45,942 bases of DNA from a bacterium (GCA_046331705.1 JAXLQJ010000021.1:62001-107942), one strand, 5' to 3'. Positions 10,311 through 20,391 are shown, counted from the first letter of the stretch. Notes: generated from the sequence alone by a model not told the origin. Program-made: numbers and translations.

Positions 10311-10398
10311 GCGCCGTGCTCGCTGTGCATCCCGCGTCGAGCGCGGGGAGCAGTGCTGCGTGGGGTTGCATCGAGGCGTGCTCGGCGGGCCGAAGCGC

Positions 10399-10438
10399 GC
10401 TCGTGGGGGGTGGGCGAAAGCGCCCACGCCCCACGAGC
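10399..10438. other. Strong intergenic stem-loop between the protealysin and emfourin genes
   Basis: GCTCGTGGGG..GTGGGCG-AAAG-CGCCCAC..CCCCACGAGC inverted repeat; no U-tract seen. Confidence 0.6.
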
Positions 10439-10505
10439 CATCACCGAGTGCTGCCACCCACTGGAACGTGGTTCGGCCCTCGGCGGGCCGCCGTGCGGGT
10501 CTTCG

Positions 10506-11588
10506 TCAGAGTCCCACCGCGGTCCACGCGTCATCGATGGCCTTCGCTTCCGCGGAGCTGGCGCCGAACAAGCCCCCCGCCACCATCCGGCACTGCGCGG
10601 CGCAGTCCGCGAACGAGCTGGTCGGAAGCAGATCGTGCATGACCTTGTACCAAACGCGGCCCGCCTTGTCCCAGGCGTGCCCGCCGATCTTGGTCGCGGC
10701 CAAGTAGAACGCGTGATTCGGGATGCCCGAGTTGATGTGCACGCCACCGTGGTCCGCCGAGCCCTTGTAGCGATTCGCGTAGTGCTTGGGCTGCGGATCG
10801 TCACCCAGATCCGGGTCGTTCTGGAATGCGGTGCCCGGTGCCTTCATGCTGCGCAGCGCCGTGCGAGTCGGGGCGGGAACCAGGATCTCCTTCCCGATCA
10901 GCCAATCGGCCTTGGCTGCGGTCTGCTTCTTCTTGTACTGCTTGACCAGCGAGCCGAACACGTCCGCGAAGTGCTCGTTCAACGCGCCGGGCTCGTTGTG
11001 ATACTCGAGGGCGCTGCCGAACTGCACCACGCCGTGCGTCAGCTCGTGGCCGATGACGTCGAGCGACAGCGTGAAGCGACGGAAGATGATGTCGTCTCCG
11101 TCGCCGTACACCATCTGCCGGCCGTTCCAGAAGGCGTTGTCGTAGCCCTTTCCGGCGTGAACGCTGCTGACCAGCGTCATCCCCGCGTCGTCGATCGAGT
11201 TCCGGCCGAAGACCTTGTTGTAGAGCTTCCAGGTCACCCCGGCGCCGTTGTACGCCTCGTCCACGGCGGGATCACCGGACTTGGGGTCACCTTCCGAACG
11301 GATCAGCTTGCCGGGGAGAAACCCGTCGAACTCGGCTGGCTCCTGGCTGCCTTGATCGTAGATCTCGCGGCGCACCTTCGCCTTGGTGGGCGCCGCCCCG
11401 GCGTACGGCGTCAAGGCTCGCGGCATGGCGCCCGCCAGCGACCGGAACGCGCGAATGTGACTCGAGGCCTGCAAGCTGCGCAGTGCCGCCTCTCGGACCT
11501 TCTTGTTGCCGGACTGCGTCAGTCGCTCGGCCATGAACGGCGGAACGATGCAATGGACGGGATTCCTGCGCTGCTCGTGCTCGCACAT
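10506..11588 (-). CDS. M4-family (protealysin-like) zinc metallopeptidase
   Basis: Short propeptide with HCIVPPFM; NAFWNG; HELTH zinc motif; GALNEHFAD; GGVHINSGIPN; no signal peptide. Confidence 0.95.
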   Translation of the reverse strand: MCEHEQRRNPVHCIVPPFMAERLTQSGNKKVREAALRSLQASSHIRAFRSLAGAMPRALTPYAGAAPTKAKVRREIYDQGSQEPAEFDGFLPGKLIRSEGDPKSGDPAVDEAYNGAGVTWKLYNKVFGRNSIDDAGMTLVSSVHAGKGYDNAFWNGRQMVYGDGDDIIFRRFTLSLDVIGHELTHGVVQFGSALEYHNEPGALNEHFADVFGSLVKQYKKKQTAAKADWLIGKEILVPAPTRTALRSMKAPGTAFQNDPDLGDDPQPKHYANRYKGSADHGGVHINSGIPNHAFYLAATKIGGHAWDKAGRVWYKVMHDLLPTSSFADCAAQCRMVAGGLFGASSAEAKAIDDAWTAVGL

Positions 11589-11978
11589 GCGTGATCTCCT
11601 CGGCCGACAGGCGCGACACCAATCGCGCCCGTCGTGTCGTTGGTGGCTCTCGGGGTATCCACGAAGCCGCGTGAACGCGAGCGACAGCGCTGCGTGCTGG
11701 TGCGAACCAGCACCGCCCCTCGTCCGATTTGCCCCGGGTTTCCGTGCCGCTCGGTTCCGCCGTGGATCACCGTGGGGACTACAAGCTGCGTGCCAGCGCT
11801 CGAGGCGACACGGATACGGGATTCATTGCAATTCCGTTGATCTTTTCCATCCAGCTACGGACGGCGTGCTCACCCCTCGTTCGCGACTTGAACGGCTCCG
11901 TTTGATTCCCGAACGAGCGGGATGCGTGCCCCGCGCGGGAGATCCCGCGCCAAGGTCGCCGAGGTCGCGCGGACCCAG

Positions 11979-12275
11979 GGAGGCGATGCACGCCGCGGCG
12001 GGACGCCGTCCCCGAGAACCCGTACGCGTGGCCGGTCTCCGTGGGCCGGGTCAAGGCCATCGACTCGCTGCGACGGTGCCCGCGCTTGGACGCCAACCGA
12101 TCGAAGATCGCCGCGAGCGTGGCCGCGGCCAGCGAGTCACCGGTGGACGATCTCACCCTCGCCGACGACAGCCTGCGCCTCGCCTTCACCTGCGGCATCC
12201 CTCACGCACCCAGAGCCCGAGCGCGGATGTCTCGAGCACCGCCTCCGCGAGCGGTGAGCCTCCCCTTCCACCGCG
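11979..12275 (+). pseudogene. Decayed, internally deleted duplicate of the ECF sigma gene at 8694-9935
   Basis: 12011-12200 aligns by eye to 8868-9059 (CCCGAGAACCCGTACGCGTGG...CTTCACCTGC). It then jumps to sequence matching ~9876-9953, encoding LTHPEPERGCLEHRLRER* versus [18 protein letters not shown]. The two parts are in different frames. Confidence 0.85.
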
Positions 12276-12653
12276 ACACCCATCGCTGAGTCGCTTGCTC
12301 CACCGAATTCCCGCCTCGGCTTCGTCCAGGAAATCCGAGATCGCTGCGAAGCGTTCACGAAGCGAACTGCATCGAGCGCCGTCGTTCGATCGTCGAACGC
12401 TGCGCGACGACCTCCGTTCGAGAGACTGAGTCACGGCGGGCAGTTCGATGGAGTGAATCGCGGCGTGGGCTTTGCTTTGAGCCGAGCCACACGAGGTCGA
12501 ACGCAAAGCTTCGACGCGCACCCCACCGAGCCGCAGCGGGGCACCACAGCTCACGCGGCGCATCGAGTTCGACTCGTGTGCGACCGCCAAGACCAGAGCG
12601 GGTCCCAGGGCGGGACTCCCTCAAACCGCGATCCGCTGAGGAGGAGACGACCA

Positions 12654-14042
12654 ATGGCGACGACAGAGCTGGACAAGGCACGGGCCAGGATTCGACCGAT
12701 CAAGCAGCGCGTCGAGGACGAGCTGCTCGCGCGTCCCGGTGTGACCGGAGTCGATATCGCCCACAAGGTCTCGAAGGGGCAGAAGACCGACAAGGTGGCG
12801 ATCGTCGTCTACGTGAAGAAGAAGAAGGCGAAGAGCGCGCTCAAGGCTGCGGAGTTGATTCCCACCGAGATCGACGGGGTCGTGACCGATGTGGTCGAGG
12901 AAGAGATCGTGCTGCATCCCGCACGGGTCGCGCTCGCCGAGGTTGAACCCATGGTGGACGCGGCGACATACGCCACCTTGCAAGGCGGAATCAGCATGGG
13001 ACCCTGCCGGTCCGTTCACCTGGAACCGCCGGACGTGGAAGAGCCGGGCGATTACATCTTCGTCGGCACGCTGGGCGCGATCGTGCGAGACCGGGACACC
13101 GGCGCAGCCATGGCGCTCACGAACTTCCACGTCGCGTGCGTCGACTCCAGCTGGTCCATCGGCGACGGCATGACACAACCGGGTCGTGTCGACGGCGGCA
13201 CGTGCCCGGGCGGAGAATTCGGAAGCCTCACGCGCGCCGCGCTGAGCGAGCACGTTGACGGCTCTGTCATCACCCTCGACAGCGGAAGGACGTGGGCCTG
13301 CCAGATCGCCGAGATCGGCAACGTCAACGGAACGGCTACGGCTGTGGCCGACATGGCCGTGCGCAAGCGCGGCCGCACCACGGGCCTGACCTACGGAACC
13401 GTGGCATCGGTCGACTACAGCGTTGCGATTCCGTACGGCAACGGGCTGGGGACGCGCACACTGAAGAACCAGATCCGCATCACCGTCGACTCGACGAAGA
13501 GCACCCAGTTCGGTGACCACGGCGACTCGGGGTCGGTGGTGGTGGACGGAAGCGGCAACGTCGTGGGGCTTTATTTCGCCGGCAGCACGACCGGCACCAC
13601 GGGGGTTGCAAACCCGATCCAGTTCGTCCTCGACGAGCTGAGTGTCGACATGTGCACCGGCGGCATCCGGATCGTGACCAGACCCGTGATCTGCGATCCA
13701 ATCTTCACCAAGCCGGTCGTGTGCGTGACCACCAAGCCGAACACGTGCGGTCTCGTGACGAAGCCATCGATCTGCACAATCCTCACGACACCCAAGGTGT
13801 GCATCGTCACCAAGGCCAGCTGTCCAATCGTGACGCGTACCTGTCCGATCGTCACCCGCGCCTGTCCCGGCCCCGACCCCGGCCCGCTCGGGCGCGCATC
13901 CGAGGGAGGCGCGCTCGATCCGCGCGCCTGGTACGGCTCGCCGAGCGGCGACGCGATTCACGATGCATTCTGGGAGGGCTACTACGCCGCCCTCGAGTGC
14001 GCCAGCGACCTGGAGGACGAGGTCAAGTGTGGTTCCTGCTGA
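12654..14042 (+). CDS. NAL1-like trypsin-fold (S1) serine protease with a C-terminal Thr/Cys repeat tail (candidate fused RiPP precursor)
   Basis: ATG at 12654 after GAGGAGGAG; 462 aa; no signal peptide. N-terminal prodomain GVTGVDIAHK..AIVVYVKKK..IDGVVTDVVE. Triad motifs TNFHV, HVDGS and GDSGS; KRGRTTGLTYG. Tail has eight T-X(2-4)-C units. Confidence 0.88.
   Translation: MATTELDKARARIRPIKQRVEDELLARPGVTGVDIAHKVSKGQKTDKVAIVVYVKKKKAKSALKAAELIPTEIDGVVTDVVEEEIVLHPARVALAEVEPMVDAATYATLQGGISMGPCRSVHLEPPDVEEPGDYIFVGTLGAIVRDRDTGAAMALTNFHVACVDSSWSIGDGMTQPGRVDGGTCPGGEFGSLTRAALSEHVDGSVITLDSGRTWACQIAEIGNVNGTATAVADMAVRKRGRTTGLTYGTVASVDYSVAIPYGNGLGTRTLKNQIRITVDSTKSTQFGDHGDSGSVVVDGSGNVVGLYFAGSTTGTTGVANPIQFVLDELSVDMCTGGIRIVTRPVICDPIFTKPVVCVTTKPNTCGLVTKPSICTILTTPKVCIVTKASCPIVTRTCPIVTRACPGPDPGPLGRASEGGALDPRAWYGSPSGDAIHDAFWEGYYAALECASDLEDEVKCGSC
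13671..13865 (+). repeat. Tandem peptide repeat [IL/V]-x-T-[KRT]-(x1-3)-C, eight units, within the protease tail
   Basis: IVTRPVIC, IFTKPVVC, VTTKPNTC, LVTKPSIC, ILTTPKVC, IVTKASC, IVTRTC and IVTRAC, read directly from the translation. Confidence 0.9.
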
Positions 14043-15114
14043 GATCCCGGGCGTTCCGCCCGCACGGATACTCGCATCGCTGGTGCGCGCCGGCCTCGTC
14101 GACAGCAGGACGGCTTGTGAGGGAGCGGTGTCCTTCATCGATCTGTCGCGATCCAACCCCGTGCATGTCGTTGCGATCGACACGACACCGGCGTTCGTCG
14201 TGAAGCAGAACGGTCCCGCCATCGATGGCGAGCCGCCGGTCGCCGTGGAACGCGAGGTGTACCGGTGGCTCGCGCGCTACCCCGCCCTCGCGGAGATTGC
14301 ACCGTCCTTCGTCCCGACCGGCGCGGGCGAGGGCGGTGAGCATTTCCTGATCACGCATGCCGTGGCAGACGCCAGCACGCCCCACGCATTCTGGCGCGGA
14401 GACGATCGCGAGATCCGTGGGCTCACGATCGCGTTGGCGCGCACACTGGCGCACCTTCACGGCTCTAGCGCTCGGGCGGCGCAGCAAGCTCACCGTCCTA
14501 GCGCGCGGCGTCCCTGGGTGCTCGGCCTACCTGCGTCGACGGCACCCGATTTCGTGACGCGCAACCCGAGCGCCCACGAGCTGACGGTACGCTTGCGCAA
14601 TCTGCCTTGGCTCGTCGAGCTGCTACGAGCGGCCGACGCGGCATGGTGCGCACGGTCGCTGATGCATGGCGACGTGAAGTGGGACAACGTGCTCGCCCGG
14701 CGCGGTACGCACGGCGACGGCTCGAGCGAATGGCGCATCTGGCTGGTGGATTGGGAGCTGGCGGGCTGGGGCGATCCCACCTGGGATGTCGCGGCGCTGG
14801 TCGAGAACGTGCTGAGCCGGTTTGGGCTCTTCGACGGAGGTCTCGACGTGCACGCGGCCGGGCACGATGTGGCGCTTGCCATATCCACCTATTGTGAATC
14901 GGTGGACGCGACCATCGCGCTGCGCCTGGAGCAACTGATCCAGTTGGTCGCCGTGCGTCTCGTACAGGTTGCGATCCAGCTCGCAGCGATGTCCGGTATC
15001 GGGATCGAGGTGAGCGCAGACCTCGGGCTAGTCCTCGACGTTGCACGCTCGATCGCGGCCGAGCCGTCGCGATGGATCGCAGACATCATCGGGCCGCAGA
15101 ACGCGGGGCGGTGA
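14029..15114 (+). CDS. APH/choline-kinase-family phosphotransferase (LanK-like)
   Basis: GTG at 14029 overlaps the protease 3' end, with GGAGG/GAGG upstream. Motifs FVVKQ, LAHLH, LMHGDVKWDNV (Brenner motif) and VDWELAGWGDPTWDVA. Confidence 0.88.
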   Translation: MVPAEIPGVPPARILASLVRAGLVDSRTACEGAVSFIDLSRSNPVHVVAIDTTPAFVVKQNGPAIDGEPPVAVEREVYRWLARYPALAEIAPSFVPTGAGEGGEHFLITHAVADASTPHAFWRGDDREIRGLTIALARTLAHLHGSSARAAQQAHRPSARRPWVLGLPASTAPDFVTRNPSAHELTVRLRNLPWLVELLRAADAAWCARSLMHGDVKWDNVLARRGTHGDGSSEWRIWLVDWELAGWGDPTWDVAALVENVLSRFGLFDGGLDVHAAGHDVALAISTYCESVDATIALRLEQLIQLVAVRLVQVAIQLAAMSGIGIEVSADLGLVLDVARSIAAEPSRWIADIIGPQNAGR

Positions 15115-16046
15115 TGACGGCGCTTCCACCGAGCGTCCACGGAGACTTCCTCGCCGCGTTGGCTGCGGCGAGGACCGCCATCCACGAATGTAGTGGTGTG
15201 GAAGCACTTGCGGTCCGGCTCTACCAGCTTTGGTACTCGGCACCGGTCGCCGCAGACGGTCCTCCGTTCGGCATCCCGCCTCGCCTGGATTCGCTACTAC
15301 GGTCCGCACACGCAGGTAGCGGCATCTGGGAGAACGGCTGGGAGGTCGAGCACACCGGCCGCGATGGGCAAGTGATCGCGCGCAAAGGGGGTGAGCGGCG
15401 CGTGCTCCATCGTTGCGATTACATCGTCCCGGAACACCCGGGACTCGTCGCCAAACCAGGCGAACACGTTCGCGTGTCGCTGCGGTACGACTACGTGGAC
15501 GTGGAGGGTGGCTGGTGGTTCACGCATTCACCCGGTTGGCAGCTCGATGCGCCCCCGGGACCTCTGGTGCGCTTCTACTGGAACGTCGGCGTCGCCCAAG
15601 TGGCGACGGTGGTCGAGCGCATCACGAGCGCGATGCTCTCCAACACGACCCCGTGGATGCTCAAGTGCGCGACGGATCCCGATGCCTATCGCCGCGCGGA
15701 TGTCGTGGTGCTCTACCTGCTACGGTCGGCGGTCGTGAGTCTCAGCCAACGGCTTGGCGAGGTTCGCGCCCATCTGCGACCGGTGCTCCGGGCGGGCTCT
15801 CCACCGCTCACGTTCGGTATCGCGCGGGGCGTTGCGGCGTGCGACGACCCCGCGACCGGTGCGAGCTTCGGTCAACATCGCTGCACGCTCATCGCCGAGG
15901 CCGTGTTGGGCACCGACGCGGACTCCACCCTGGCCGAGTCACCCGACGCCTTGCTCGACGCGATCGTGATGCGCTTCCGCGATGCGGGCATCCCGCCGGA
16001 TCGGCCCTACTTGGCAGACAAGACGCGCCGATTGCCTTGGGAATGA
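15114..16046 (+). CDS. HopA1-like domain protein (LanY-like phosphoSer/Thr lyase)
   Basis: ATG overlaps the kinase TGA. Motifs RFYWNV, WMLKC, YRRADVVVLY and DPATGASFGQHRC, as in HopA1-family proteins paired with APH kinases. Confidence 0.8.
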   Translation: MTALPPSVHGDFLAALAAARTAIHECSGVEALAVRLYQLWYSAPVAADGPPFGIPPRLDSLLRSAHAGSGIWENGWEVEHTGRDGQVIARKGGERRVLHRCDYIVPEHPGLVAKPGEHVRVSLRYDYVDVEGGWWFTHSPGWQLDAPPGPLVRFYWNVGVAQVATVVERITSAMLSNTTPWMLKCATDPDAYRRADVVVLYLLRSAVVSLSQRLGEVRAHLRPVLRAGSPPLTFGIARGVAACDDPATGASFGQHRCTLIAEAVLGTDADSTLAESPDALLDAIVMRFRDAGIPPDRPYLADKTRRLPWE

Positions 16047-17287
16047 GCGACATGCACGGCGCAAAGAACCTCCTGGCCCTCGCTTCATCACTGGCCGAGT
16101 CGTTGGCCGCGACCGCGGTGGTCTCCGCCGACCAGTGCACGTGGCTCACAGCGACGGTCGACCTGTCGAGTGGCGAGCGGCGCATCCTGCACCGCACCGG
16201 TGATCCATCGCTCTACCAGGGCGATGCCGGCATCGCCTGGGCGCTCGCGCACGCATCGCGTGCCCTCGATCGTTCGGATCTCGGCGCCCTGGCGCGCGCC
16301 GGTGCCCGCTGCGCGCTGCGGCGCGCCAGCTCATGCGCAGGGCCAGGACTCCACGACGGCACGAGCGGCGTCGCAACGGCCGCGCTGCAGGTTGCGGCGG
16401 TGCTTGACGATCCTGTCTTACGGCGCGACGCGATTGACCTACTGTCGGAAGCCGCGACCTCACAACCAAGCGGCAGCGACATCATCACCGGCGCGGCCGG
16501 CTCGCTCCTCGCGATGCTCTCAGCCCACGAGCAGACGAACGACTTGCGCTGGCTCGACCGTGCCGTCGCGCTGGGAAAGGCCGTCGTGGACGGGGCGCAG
16601 CGGCTCGCTTGGGGCTGGTGCTGGCCGGCGGGCGAGGAGCGCGAGCCAGGGCTCTGCGGGCTGGCGCACGGTGCCGTGGGCGTAGCGTGGGCGTTGGAAG
16701 AGCTCCACCAACTCACCGGCGACGAACGATTCAGACTGGCTGCGAACCATGCGTTGCGCTACGAGCGAAGCTGGTTCGATCGACGCCGCAGCAACTGGCC
16801 CGATCTGCGCGTCGGCGTGGGGGCGACCGATGGGGCGCCCTGCTTCGAGAGCTGGTGGTGCCACGGAGCCGTGGGCGAGGGACTAGTCCGACTGCGACTT
16901 CACGCTCTGGGCCGGTCGGATCCCGCAATTCTCGCCGAAGCCGGCGCAGCGTTTCAGTGTGCCCTCGACGAGGCCATCAACTCGATCGACGCCGCCGAGG
17001 CTCCCATCCATGGCCTCACGCTCTGTCACGGCTTGGGTGGGACGGTGGAGCTCTTTCTCATGGCCCACGCCGTGCTCGGCGAACAAGAACACCTCGTGAC
17101 CGCTCGCTGGATCCTCGATCGCGCGCTGGCCGCCCTCGGCGACGACGCCGAGCGCTGGCCAGACGGGCTAGGAACCGCGAGCGCAGCCCCAGGACTCATG
17201 ACTGGCGCAGCCGGCGCACTCACGGTCCTGCTGCGAGCGATCGCGCCGACGTCCATTCCGAGTGCCGTGCTCTTCCCTCGCGCGTGA
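16043..17287 (+). CDS. Stand-alone LanC-like lanthionine synthetase (cyclase)
   Basis: ATGA overlap with the previous gene. Seven GxxG repeats: LYQGDAG, LHDGTSG, IITGAAG, LAHGAVG, WCHGAVG, LCHGLGG and LMTGAAG. Zn ligands (WC, CH) and the catalytic His (AHG) are intact. Confidence 0.9.
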   Translation: MSDMHGAKNLLALASSLAESLAATAVVSADQCTWLTATVDLSSGERRILHRTGDPSLYQGDAGIAWALAHASRALDRSDLGALARAGARCALRRASSCAGPGLHDGTSGVATAALQVAAVLDDPVLRRDAIDLLSEAATSQPSGSDIITGAAGSLLAMLSAHEQTNDLRWLDRAVALGKAVVDGAQRLAWGWCWPAGEEREPGLCGLAHGAVGVAWALEELHQLTGDERFRLAANHALRYERSWFDRRRSNWPDLRVGVGATDGAPCFESWWCHGAVGEGLVRLRLHALGRSDPAILAEAGAAFQCALDEAINSIDAAEAPIHGLTLCHGLGGTVELFLMAHAVLGEQEHLVTARWILDRALAALGDDAERWPDGLGTASAAPGLMTGAAGALTVLLRAIAPTSIPSAVLFPRA

Positions 17288-17623
17288 GTGCTCCGGCGGT
17301 GTCGGCTCCCTCAGCCATCCTGCGCGGCTGGCCGACGCGGCGTGCCGCCCGTAGCCGAGGCAACGAGCCAAGCGACGACCGTGCTGCTCCGTGTGCTTCG
17401 GGCTCGTCCCCGCTTCGTCGCACGGACAAGGCCGCAATGGGCTGAGGCACCGAACTGCGGGGCAGCGAGAGGTGCCGGGTCGAGGTCGCGGCGGCACGAG
17501 TCGCGCGTTGAGCAACGACGCCCTCGACCTCGCGGGCGATGGTCGACGCCGTCCAACGCGCAGCAACCGGCTCGGGTGGCGCGCGGTACGCGAGGATCCG
17601 AGCGGGTGTCCGCAGGCCGCGCG

Positions 17624-19112
<1,489 letters not shown>

Positions 19113-19120
<8 letters not shown>

Positions 19121-20384
19121 CGAACCGGGTTCCCGTGCGCGTCTTGAGCCGCGGCGACGGCGGCATGAGCGCCACTGGTCGATCGGGGACGATCATCTGG
19201 GTTCCGACGAGCACCTTGGGGCGCAGCGGATCGCCGCTCCCGCCGTGGTCGATCACGATCCCTGCTTGGCCGTCCGCGAGGGTCACGTGCGCGCCGAGCG
19301 GGATCTCGCCGGAGGCATACACCAGCGTTCGCACCGAGCGCTCGTCGAAGCCGTCGCCCATCTGAGCGGCCGCTTGCGCCAGCAGATCGGCGTAGGTGAG
19401 CGCGAAGTCGACGTTCCCGGGGATGCGGCCCTTCTCGAGGTCGTAGACCAGGTGGATGAGCGCGGGCAGGCCCTCCCAATCGCGAGGCGCCATGGAGGTG
19501 TGCGCGATCTCGTGGAGCAGCGCGCACACCTTGAGGCGGTGGGGAGCGATGCGGCTGGCCTTGCCCGCCGACGGCGGGACCATCTGCGGCAATGCGGCGC
19601 TCGCCGCCTTGGGCGTGGTGATGCCGCCGACCGTGGCCAGCCCGTGGCACGCCAAGCCGAGGGCGGCGTGCGCCGCCGCGCGCGCCGCTTGCTTCTGCAC
19701 GCCGAGCGCACCCATCGCGCTCAGCAGCCGATAGGTCACGCTCACGGCGCGGCGCGCGGGAGACCACTCGCCGGGGGCCACCTCGAGCGCGCGCGCCAGG
19801 CCGTCCGAGCTGCGGTCGACGGCGTTCTCGAGCCGGCGCACGACGGCCATGCCGTGGCTCCAATTCCACGGCATCCGGTTCCGCGCGATCAGCTCCTCGG
19901 CGCGGGCGACGGCGAGAGCGAGGTGCGTCGCACAGAAGATCTCGGGGTCCACGTCCTCGGCGTCGCGTCCCCAGCGTGCGCCTGGCAGGTCGCGCCAGCT
20001 CACGCCGCGGATCCTGGCGCTCGATGGGGCGGCGACGCCCCGCGCGCCAGACGCGAGCAGATCGCCCAGGCGCACCAGGTCGGCCACCGAGGGCAGCGCG
20101 TCGATGACGAGCTCGGTGGCGCCCATGCCGATGGCCGCGCCGATGAGCTCCTGGATCTTCCCGTACTCGTCGATGTCGAGCGGCACCAGCACGCGATCGC
20201 GGAACACCGCGCGTCCCACGAAATGCAGCTCGATGGGCGGTGCCGCCTTCTTCAGGCTCTCCGCGACGAGGTTGCCGCCCTTGGCGGTCAGCGGATGATC
20301 GGCGCCATGGGTGCCGATCGTCTTCATCAGCAAGAAGAGGTCGATCAACAGACCGCGCGTTCCCTGGGGATCGTGTGCCGGCAT
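19113..20384 (-). CDS. Hypothetical protein with a degenerate HD-GYP-like C-terminal domain
   Basis: 423-aa ORF with GGAG RBS. C-terminal FDERSVRTLV..GEIPLGAHVTLADGQAGIV..DPLRPKV resembles HD-GYP C-termini. No HD dyad or GYP motif. Confidence 0.6.
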
Positions 20385-20391
20385 GGTCTCC

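Noticed and set aside
11634..11840. 68-aa Ser/Thr/Cys-containing ORF as a conventional lanthipeptide precursor
   Set aside because: No clear RBS and no leader/core organisation. It is separated from the operon by the sigma pseudogene, and its composition is typical of spurious GC-rich ORFs. The protease tail is a much better candidate.
12453..12653. 67-aa N-terminal extension of the protease in the ORF track
   Set aside because: The strong GAGGAGGAG RBS precedes the ATG at 12654, and the extension looks non-coding.
14029..15114. Aminoglycoside resistance gene
   Set aside because: Only the APH fold motifs are shared. Operon context indicates a peptide kinase.
15114..16046. HopA1-like gene as a type III secretion effector
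   Set aside because: No T3SS context. Coupling to an APH kinase and LanC fits the RiPP lyase role.
17288..17623. Small ORFs downstream of lanC as precursor or immunity genes
   Set aside because: Only Arg/Ala/Pro-rich shadow frames without an RBS or recognisable motifs.
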